From: a virus
Lineage: Duplodnaviria; Caudoviricetes
Length of the DNA: 54,589 bases
Strand: one strand, 5' to 3'
IMG/VR virus record: IMGVR_UViG_3300022752_000087
Location: 1-54,589 of that record
Part shown: piece after piece, positions 1 through 5,946 of the stretch
Layout: every line of letters begins with the position of its first letter
Position numbering within the stretch: position 1 is the first letter of the stretch
Notes under the pieces: generated by a model
What the model was told of the DNA's origin: nothing
The model's input: the letters and a program-made list of their open reading frames with translations, nothing else
The model's database searches: none
Position numbers and translations under genes: made by a program

Positions 1-9
1 GTCGCCGTG

Positions 10-237
10 TCAGTAGCCGTCGCCGTAGCCGTAGCCGTAGCCGTAGCCGTTGCCGTTGCCGTTGCCGTAGCCGTTGCCGTAGCCGTAGCCGTAGCCGTTG
101 CCGTTGCCGTTGCCGTAGCCGTTGCCGTAGCCGTAGCCGTAGCCGTAGCCGTAGCCGTAGCCGTAGCCGTAGCCGTAGCCGTAGCGACCGCAGATCACAG
201 CGGCGCTGACCAGTCGCAGAGACCAGAGCGTGGTCAC
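10..237 (-). CDS. Gly-Tyr/Asn repeat peptide, copy 1 (MTTLWSLRLVSAAVICGR-(YG/NG/DG)n)
   Basis: GTG at 237 overlaps the TGA of the upstream gene (GTGA coupling). Same strand as neighbours. Paralogous copy at 1274-1510. Confidence 0.65.
   Translation of the reverse strand: MTTLWSLRLVSAAVICGRYGYGYGYGYGYGYGYGYGYGNGYGNGNGNGYGYGYGNGYGNGNGNGYGYGYGYGDGY
13..186. repeat. Hexamer tandem array GT(A/T/C)GCC (minus strand GGC-(T/A/G)AC)
   Basis: Directly visible; about 29 units. Confidence 0.97.
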
Positions 238-485
238 GGCCACGCCTTGCAGGGGATAGCGTAGATGAACGCTGCCTTATTGAGGATCACGTCGGAAGCG
301 GCGTCGAGGGCCGTGTTCTTTGTCGGGCCAGCTACAAGCTGGGCGAGTCCGTTCTCGGTGCCCCACTGCCGGATGATCCGTGCTCCGGACATGTGGATAT
401 ACTCGCCGTTGTCCTCCACTTTGGGGGCGTACCAGACGAAGCCGTTGGTACCGACGATGATGCAGGCTGTGTCGGGCAGTCCCAT
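234..485 (-). CDS. Small phage protein, DUF6948-like
   Basis: Motif ARIIRQWGTENGLAQLV.GP resembles a phage family often followed by Gly-rich repeat ORFs. TAATG coupling with the upstream gene. Confidence 0.65.
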   Translation of the reverse strand: MGLPDTACIIVGTNGFVWYAPKVEDNGEYIHMSGARIIRQWGTENGLAQLVAGPTKNTALDAASDVILNKAAFIYAIPCKAWP

Positions 486-667
486 TAGATGTTCCCTTCG
501 TAGAGCTTGTGATCCGGGCCGAGAGTGACGACGGCGTTGCCACCGATCCTGTCCCTCGACCGCTTGGCCTCGGTCTTGTTGTTGAAGTAGACCACATCAC
601 CGAACTGATCCTTGATCAGCGGTCCCTTGCGGTATCGACGCAGTGCAAACAGGCGGGTATTTTCCAT
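485..667 (-). CDS. Hypothetical early protein
   Basis: Coupled to both neighbours; GAGGAG upstream. Confidence 0.7.
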   Translation of the reverse strand: MENTRLFALRRYRKGPLIKDQFGDVVYFNNKTEAKRSRDRIGGNAVVTLGPDHKLYEGNI

Positions 668-1272
668 CACACGTTCTCCTCTTCGTCTTCATCTTCGTCG
701 ATCTCGAAAAGCCCATTGCTTTCAATGGCTTCCCATACTGCTTCGTCACTCGTCAGGTAGTTGTATTCCTCCTCCAGTCGTTGGTAGAGATCACGGCAGT
801 GATCCCTGATGATGGTTTGTGCGGTGCCTGCCAGCGTCTCGTACTCGGCGTCGAGAAGCTTATCCCAGCAGTCAGCGATGGCACTGCGCAGGTCGTCTCG
901 TGGTAGGACATGGGTAAACATGTCAGTGAACGTCAGGTCCACACTCACGGTGTTCTCGTGGACGTAGTGGTAGCTAGTCCGCTCGATCTTGAGGGTGAAG
1001 TCGCCGTTCATCTCAAGCAGTTTCGCCACCCACGGATATGTCTCGTTAAGTCCGTGGGCCTTGAGGAACAGGGTGTTGTCGTTGATGTAGCCGGTGAACG
1101 ACGCGCCGTCGCCTTGTGACCAAAAGCCAGAGAAGCGCATGTCCCGCACTTCGAGCCCCTTGGCTTTCATATCCTCACGGAAATCGCTGTAGGTGCAGTC
1201 CCACCAATCGATGTGTTCGACGTTGATATCACGGTACTTTTCAATGAGTTGAGCTTTGCGTTCGTCGTTCAT
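667..1272 (-). CDS. Conserved hypothetical phage protein (FSGFWSQGDGASF motif, acidic tail)
   Basis: 201-aa ORF, RBS GGAGGG, good codon usage. Confidence 0.8.
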   Translation of the reverse strand: MNDERKAQLIEKYRDINVEHIDWWDCTYSDFREDMKAKGLEVRDMRFSGFWSQGDGASFTGYINDNTLFLKAHGLNETYPWVAKLLEMNGDFTLKIERTSYHYVHENTVSVDLTFTDMFTHVLPRDDLRSAIADCWDKLLDAEYETLAGTAQTIIRDHCRDLYQRLEEEYNYLTSDEAVWEAIESNGLFEIDEDEDEEENV

Positions 1273-1273
1273 A

Positions 1274-1510
1274 TCACCCTCCGCCGTCGCCGTCGCCGTT
1301 GCCGTCGCCGTAGCCGTTGCCGTAGCCGTAGCCGTTGCCGTTGCCGTAGCCGTAGCCGTAGCCGTAGCCGTAGCCGTCGCCGTCGCCGTAGCCGTAGCCG
1401 TCGCCGTAGCCGTAGCCGTCGCCGTCGCCGTAGCCGTCGCCGTAGCCGTAGCCGTAGCGACCGCAGATCACAGCGGCGCTGACCAGTCGCAGAGACCAGA
1501 GCGTAACCAT
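1274..1510 (-). CDS. Gly-Tyr/Asp/Asn repeat peptide, copy 2 (MVTLWSLRLVSAAVICGR-(YG/DG/NG)n, 78 aa)
   Basis: GGAGG RBS then ATG at 1510, immediately after the upstream stop. Fills the gap between two co-oriented genes exactly. Confidence 0.75.
   Translation of the reverse strand: MVTLWSLRLVSAAVICGRYGYGYGDGYGDGDGYGYGDGYGYGDGDGYGYGYGYGYGNGNGYGYGNGYGDGNGDGDGGG
1283..1459. repeat. Second GT(A/T/C)GCC hexamer array
   Basis: Directly visible. Confidence 0.97.
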
Positions 1511-1511
1511 A

Positions 1512-1916
1512 TCAACCTCCAATGCGGATCGCAGTTGCCACAGGGATGAGTTCATCCGGTAGGAGCTTCAGCTTGGCTGCCATGACCATGTGTTCAGGAT
1601 ATGGGCCGTGGTCTACGAGGAGTCTCATACCGGCGCAGTCCAACGGCACGGCAGGGCCGGGGTTCACATAACCCCTATGCCGGTTGGTAGTCCGGGTGGA
1701 CTTCTCGGTGTTGGCGAACCAGACACCCTTCCAGTTGGCGAAGAGCGGCCAGTGCTTGCCGTAGCTATACACCACATAGAGATCACCGACGTACTCACCC
1801 CACAGAGTAGACCCCTTGGGATGCCGGTGATTGGAGCCATTGTTGTGGAACGGGGTTAGGGATTGGACATACTGGCGAGCGTTCCAGCCAGAGGTACGTA
1901 CAGACTTCTCGGACAT
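1512..1916 (-). CDS. Hypothetical early protein (YVVYSYGKHWPL motif)
   Basis: RBS GGAGG upstream of ATG 1916 (MSEKSV). Confidence 0.75.
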   Translation of the reverse strand: MSEKSVRTSGWNARQYVQSLTPFHNNGSNHRHPKGSTLWGEYVGDLYVVYSYGKHWPLFANWKGVWFANTEKSTRTTNRHRGYVNPGPAVPLDCAGMRLLVDHGPYPEHMVMAAKLKLLPDELIPVATAIRIGG

Positions 1917-1946
1917 TGCTGCCTCCATCGATGTTGGGTTGGGTTT

Positions 1947-2006
1947 GCCTGTCTCATCAGTGGTGGGCGGCGATCCACCAGACGGGATGTGAAGTCCCGT
2001 TTCGAC
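1947..2006 (-). ncRNA. Type II hammerhead ribozyme
   Basis: Minus strand reads GUC-GAAA-CGGGA-cuucaca-UCCCG-UC-UGGUGG-aucgccgc-CCACCA-CUGAUGA-GAC: complete CUGAUGA/GAAA/UC core with stems I, II and III. Intergenic. Confidence 0.9.
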
Positions 2007-2009
2007 TTG

Positions 2010-2273
2010 TTACGAGTGAAAACCAAAGTGGTCATCGTGCCAGACGGCACCGATCTGATAGCAGACGCCGCCATCAGCCTCGTCCTTGTAGGTGGCAATC
2101 AGTTCGGGGTTTCCGCAGTAGGTACCACCAGTGATCCGGACATAGCTGTAAGTCATGTTCCATGAGGTGAGGTAACCCAGCGCCTCATAGAAGCGCTGGG
2201 AACCAGTGATCTCACGGATTTGGTGGGTTGTGACGGCATCGAGAAACATGTCGATAGTGCGCTGTTCAGCCAT
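2010..2273 (-). CDS. Hypothetical early protein (ends FGFHS)
   Basis: TAATG coupling at 2273. Confidence 0.7.
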   Translation of the reverse strand: MAEQRTIDMFLDAVTTHQIREITGSQRFYEALGYLTSWNMTYSYVRITGGTYCGNPELIATYKDEADGGVCYQIGAVWHDDHFGFHS

Positions 2274-2449
2274 TAGTCGATCCACTTCGTTTTGGTTTGG
2301 TTGAGGACACCGACAAGCCGTGTGCCACCGGTATCAGGGCCGATTTGGATACGGACAGCATCCAGAACATTGCGAGTTGTCAGGGGGATAGAGACCCGCT
2401 TAGCGGGTCCCTTCTCAAACACTGCGTAGACACTGGTGAGCTTGGCCAT
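2273..2449 (-). CDS. Hypothetical early protein
   Basis: RBS GGAG upstream of ATG 2449; coupled to the next gene. Confidence 0.6.
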   Translation of the reverse strand: MAKLTSVYAVFEKGPAKRVSIPLTTRNVLDAVRIQIGPDTGGTRLVGVLNQTKTKWID

Positions 2450-2454
2450 TGTCG

Positions 2455-2670
2455 TTACTCCGTGAAGCCATAAGTGACGCCCCAAGCGTCAAGTTCGTCG
2501 AAGAGGTACCAGACAGGGTGGTCGTAGTACCAAGAGTTACCAAAGTACCGCAGAGCCTTCTCATGGAGCAGCACCTCGACAGGCTGGCTGTCCTGCCAAG
2601 TGATGGAGGTAACGAAGTCAGCGACAGGCTCCATGAGAGCGGCGAAAGAGTGAAGTGTAAGGTTGCTCAC
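2455..2670 (-). CDS. Hypothetical early protein
   Basis: GTGA overlap with the upstream gene; GGAGG RBS. Confidence 0.65.
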   Translation of the reverse strand: MSNLTLHSFAALMEPVADFVTSITWQDSQPVEVLLHEKALRYFGNSWYYDHPVWYLFDELDAWGVTYGFTE

Positions 2671-2951
2671 AGGCTCACCTCCACATTGAGGTTGTTATTA
2701 TACATGATATCGATGACGGTGTAGCCATGAGCCTTGAGAGTGTTGGCGTCCAAAGTAGACACAAAGCAGCCATCGAAGGGGCTTGTGGAGTCCACCACGA
2801 TGAACTCATGACCCACAGCGTAGTCATAGACAGCGTCGGAAGCTGACAGATAGTGACGGCGGCGAGGCACCACAGAGAGAGCCTTGGAGGGTACATACGT
2901 ACCCTTGAGATCAGCGAACGAGGTAAAAGTGGTCCGAGTCATACTCATCAT
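2667..2951 (-). CDS. Hypothetical protein, first gene of the leftward early operon
   Basis: In-frame ATG cluster at 2951-2942 after AAGGG. Confidence 0.65.
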   Translation of the reverse strand: MMSMTRTTFTSFADLKGTYVPSKALSVVPRRRHYLSASDAVYDYAVGHEFIVVDSTSPFDGCFVSTLDANTLKAHGYTVIDIMYNNNLNVEVSL

Positions 2952-3649
2952 CCCTTGTAAAGTTAAGTTATCTGGACATGGATTGCCCCGACCCCATGGT
3001 TTTGCCACGGGGCGGGATCGGCGTCAAGCGGCTCGTTGCTATTCAAACTTGACATGGAAATGTGTAAGGTTCGGAGTGAATAATCTAAAAAGATGGATTT
3101 TTAATCTAGAAAAGATATAACTTTACGCTCGGTAAGTGTTTGAAAAATAAGGAATGATATAAAAAATATATGTTTTTGGAGATAATGTCGCGTGAAAGGA
3201 GGTTGGGGAGGGTGTTAGGAAGTTTACACTGTATAGTTTCCGGGAAGGGGGTAACTCACTCTGATCGTTAATGACCCACGATTCTCTATATATTTTATAT
3301 TTTTTAGATTATTATAAACTATACCATACATACCAACCCCTTGGTTTCCCTACGTTTTTTCCTAATTATACTGTCAAGTATGTAAAGTGTAAAGTTTGTA
3401 TAGTAATAACTAAACTAGCTTTTTTCGTCGAAAAAATTGTATTATTTGTTTAGAATCAGCGACTTAGCGATCTCGCTCGATATGGCAAAATCTGAACGCC
3501 CTTCGATATGACGTAATCTGACACGTATATGGAAGATGTGTAAAGTATTGAAACTATACAAGCAAAATCGAAACTTGACACGGGGCCGGAAATCGGCATA
3601 ATGGAGGGGCCGGAAGCAAGGTGCCGACGGTTTTACTGGAGTAAGTCAA
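2952..3649. promoter_or_regulatory. AT-rich divergent control region (promoters, possible origin)
   Basis: About 700 nt of strongly AT-rich DNA without a credible ORF, between divergent genes. Contains several TTGACA hexamers, repeated TGT(A/C)AAGT and a 13-bp inverted repeat. Confidence 0.7.
3575..3602 (+). promoter_or_regulatory. Sigma70-type promoter TTGACA-N16-CATAAT
   Basis: Near-consensus hexamers ending 47 nt upstream of ORF 3650. Confidence 0.7.
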
Positions 3650-4003
3650 ATGGCTATCTTTGAAGGTTATGTGTCGCTTTTTGAGCGTAACGGTGCTGTG
3701 GAGATTCGCCGTGTTTCTAGCGGCGGCTATGCCGCCAGTGAGGTTTCCGATCTTATCACCGATTTGTTGGAATTGAAAAAACCGGTTTCCAAGTGGAGCC
3801 TCTGGGTCGATGGCATTGATGTGAAGGCAAGTGAGACCTATTCACCTGCTACTATGGCCAAGCTAGTCAAGGCCAACACTGTGGAATTGATTGCAGTGCG
3901 ACGGCGAGGGAGAAACGGCGGATTTATGGCTCCTGTTCTTAAGATTACCGCACCTAATGCGGCACCTAAGGCCGCACCGAACAAGGCCCGCCTCGGCCGA
4001 TAA
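3650..4003 (+). CDS. Hypothetical protein in a monocistronic unit
   Basis: RBS GGAG, own promoter and terminator. Confidence 0.8.
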   Translation: MAIFEGYVSLFERNGAVEIRRVSSGGYAASEVSDLITDLLELKKPVSKWSLWVDGIDVKASETYSPATMAKLVKANTVELIAVRRRGRNGGFMAPVLKITAPNAAPKAAPNKARLGR

Positions 4004-4024
4004 TCGTTAAATATCAAATACTTA

Positions 4025-4056
4025 GCCCCCAAGGTTTCGGCCTTGGGGGTTTTTTT
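4025..4056 (+). terminator. Intrinsic terminator
   Basis: GCCCCCAAGGT-TTCG-GCCTTGGGGGT followed by a T run. Confidence 0.9.
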
Positions 4057-4206
4057 GTGCCCTGTTTACAGACACTTAGGAGGGGGGTACATGGACACGC
4101 GACGGCGACGGGGTGGGGGCATAAGGCAACCTCACAACCCAAGACCCCTTGACAGTAAGTACCCCTGTGTGTATGTACTATTTACCCATACAGAAAGGGG
4201 GATATC

Positions 4207-4884
4207 ATGAAGTGTGATCTACCAATCGAGGACATCCGCCGAGCTTTTCGGTACGACCCGGAGACGGGGGTGATTCTCCGCGCGCCACATTGGAAGAAAG
4301 CTAGTGTCCGAGCCAATGGAGCGAAGTCTGGCGCATCGCTGAAGATCGGTGCGGTGCGAGTATCCGCACGTAGACTTGTCTGGGCGTTGACCACCGGGGT
4401 GTGGCCACCCACATTTCCGGGGTATATTAGGGTCCGCAACGGCGACCATCTGGACCTTCGGTGGGCGAACCTGTATTCGCGTGACGACGAGTCTCACTGC
4501 GCTCGCTGTGATGAGTTCAAGCCGGTCAGCGAGTTTCACTCCCGTGGTTTGACGAAGCGTGGGCTTCCACTGTACGCGGCCTATTGTAAACCATGCACTG
4601 TGCTTCGGCATCAGGAGCGACCAGACTACGCGCACCGGGCGAAAGCCAAGAAGTACGGACTTACCGAGCAGTGCTACGCCTCGATGCTGAAAGCGCAAGG
4701 CGATGTATGCGCAATCTGTAAAGCCCCTCCGGGTAAACGGCGTCTGGCCATAGATCACTGCCACACGACAGGGAAAGTCCGTGGGCTTCTATGTGGTCCA
4801 TGTAATGTTTCGCTAGGTTCATTCCGGGACAGCCCCCGTATCTTGTTGGAGGCTGCTAAGTATCTGATAAAACATCAACCTTGA
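4207..4884 (+). CDS. Free-standing endonuclease: degenerate HNH-like N-domain, CxxC Zn finger, endonuclease VII-type domain
   Basis: C-terminal KYGLT...QGDVCAIC...IDHCHTTGKVRGLLCGPCN matches the EndoVII pattern. N-terminal YDPETG...RLVWAL...NGD..D.RWANL resembles HNH_3. Confidence 0.85.
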   Translation: MKCDLPIEDIRRAFRYDPETGVILRAPHWKKASVRANGAKSGASLKIGAVRVSARRLVWALTTGVWPPTFPGYIRVRNGDHLDLRWANLYSRDDESHCARCDEFKPVSEFHSRGLTKRGLPLYAAYCKPCTVLRHQERPDYAHRAKAKKYGLTEQCYASMLKAQGDVCAICKAPPGKRRLAIDHCHTTGKVRGLLCGPCNVSLGSFRDSPRILLEAAKYLIKHQP

Positions 4885-4913
4885 AAAAATCCAAGACCCC
4901 AAAAACCAAAGTA

Positions 4914-4928
4914 GAACAAACATAGAAC
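4914..4928. promoter_or_regulatory. Putative alphaproteobacterial LexA (SOS) box GAAC-N7-GAAC
   Basis: GAAC-AAACATA-GAAC in the intergenic region upstream of the tRNA and terminase genes. Confidence 0.65.
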
Positions 4929-4999
4929 ATATAAAGTTAGCACGCCCCAAAAAATTTTCCCGTTGAAAAACCAAACGTGTAAAGTTACACAACCCAGTC

Positions 5000-5074
5000 G
5001 CCGCAATAGCTCAGAGGTAGAGCAGACGATTTGTAATTGTCAGGTCGTGGGTTCGATCCCTACTTGCGGCACCA
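5000..5074 (+). tRNA. tRNA-Thr(UGU)
   Basis: Acceptor stem GCCGCAA/TTGCGGC, D arm TAGCTCAG-AGGTAGAGC, anticodon arm GACGA-TTTGTAA-TTGTC, T loop TTCGATC, encoded CCA. Confidence 0.93.
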
Positions 5075-5098
5075 CCTATCAAATGATACCCTCCCGGC

Positions 5099-5590
5099 AT
5101 GGACAGCCTCCCCCTTCACCTGACCAAGTGGACCGACCGCCTCGCGTTCGACGTAGCCCTGTGTCTGGAAGGTTCGGGCGAAAGCCTCGACGAGATCAAG
5201 GACCGGCACCGGATCGATGCCAACGACCTGCTGGCTTTCAACCAAGACAAGGTCTTCCTCAAGCGGGTGGAGCTATACCGCGAGGAGGTACGTGAGAAGG
5301 GACTGACGTTCCGACTCAAAGCGCGGGCGCAGGCGGAAGAACTCCTGACGACAAGTTATATGTTGATCCACGACCCGTCAGTGTCCCCCGCCGTCAAGGC
5401 CGACCTGATCAAGAGCACCGTGAAGTGGGCCGGTCTGGAGCCTAAGAACAACGAGGATACCTCCACCGCTGGCGGTGGGGTCAAGATCATGATCAACCTT
5501 GGGTCATCCCCATCCGATATGAAAGTGATCGACGCCACGTCTCGTATGATCACAGAGAGCGAGGACGACTCCGATGATCGAGGAGCATGA
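5099..5590 (+). CDS. Putative terminase small subunit
   Basis: 163-aa helical protein shortly upstream of terL, with a C-terminal beta strand (VKIMINL). Positional inference. Confidence 0.55.
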   Translation: MDSLPLHLTKWTDRLAFDVALCLEGSGESLDEIKDRHRIDANDLLAFNQDKVFLKRVELYREEVREKGLTFRLKARAQAEELLTTSYMLIHDPSVSPAVKADLIKSTVKWAGLEPKNNEDTSTAGGGVKIMINLGSSPSDMKVIDATSRMITESEDDSDDRGA

Positions 5591-5738
5591 TGGTTACAAG
5601 TGCTACCGGGTCCGGACAGCGCAGGCAGCCAAGCTCATCGAGGATCGGTTGACTGAAGCTAGTCAGTCGTTCAAGACCAAGATCAACATCTCCAGAAAGC
5701 GCGGGCGGGAGTTCTTCATACTCCTCTTGGACGCATGA
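5574..5738 (+). CDS. Small hypothetical protein (54 aa, MIEEHDGY...)
   Basis: Fills the gap between ORF 5099 and ORF 5740; GAGGA upstream. Below the ORF-track cut-off. Confidence 0.6.
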   Translation: MIEEHDGYKCYRVRTAQAAKLIEDRLTEASQSFKTKINISRKRGREFFILLLDA

Positions 5739-5739
5739 C

Positions 5740-5946
5740 ATGGTCTTCGATTGGGTCTCAGCGATGGTATATGAACCCGGTGATGAGCATCATTTCCACA
5801 TCGTACCAATTGGTGATCTGCGCGATCATGAGCCTGATCCTGACTGTTGGTGCAACCCCACCGAGGACGACGAAGACCCCGGTATCTGGGTCCATCATGC
5901 GATGGATAAGCGCGAAGAGCACGAACACGGTAGGATGAAACACTGA
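5740..5946 (+). CDS. Small His/Cys-rich hypothetical protein (H...CWCNP...HH)
   Basis: TGATG coupling to terL; possible metal-binding motif. Confidence 0.65.
   Translation: MVFDWVSAMVYEPGDEHHFHIVPIGDLRDHEPDPDCWCNPTEDDEDPGIWVHHAMDKREEHEHGRMKH

Noticed and set aside
13-1459. Arrays as CRISPR or as DGR template/variable repeats (AAC to NAC variation)
   Set aside because: No repeat-spacer structure or cas operon. No reverse transcriptase recognised. Variation is limited to one base per unit with no all-AAC template, which fits slippage better than adenine mutagenesis.
7-1549. Plus-strand VAVAVA and RSRSRS ORFs (7-264, 1213-1482, 1256-1549)
   Set aside because: Alternative readings of the stop-free hexamer arrays; antisense to the operon and without RBS. 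The minus-strand Gly-Tyr frame has coupled starts.
3271-3453. 60-aa ORF in the AT-rich region
   Set aside because: No RBS, atypical composition, overlaps repeated regulatory motifs.
4149-4181. TTGACA upstream of the endonuclease as a full promoter
   Set aside because: The best -10 (TACTAT) is 21 nt away and the 17-nt position reads TATGTA. Mentioned only as part of the cassette.
5000-5074. tRNA as an attP/integration site
   Set aside because: No tyrosine or serine recombinase recognised and no duplicated tRNA 3' end in the window.
4963-5295. 110-aa ORF across the tRNA
   Set aside because: Overlaps a well-formed tRNA and the putative terS in another frame.
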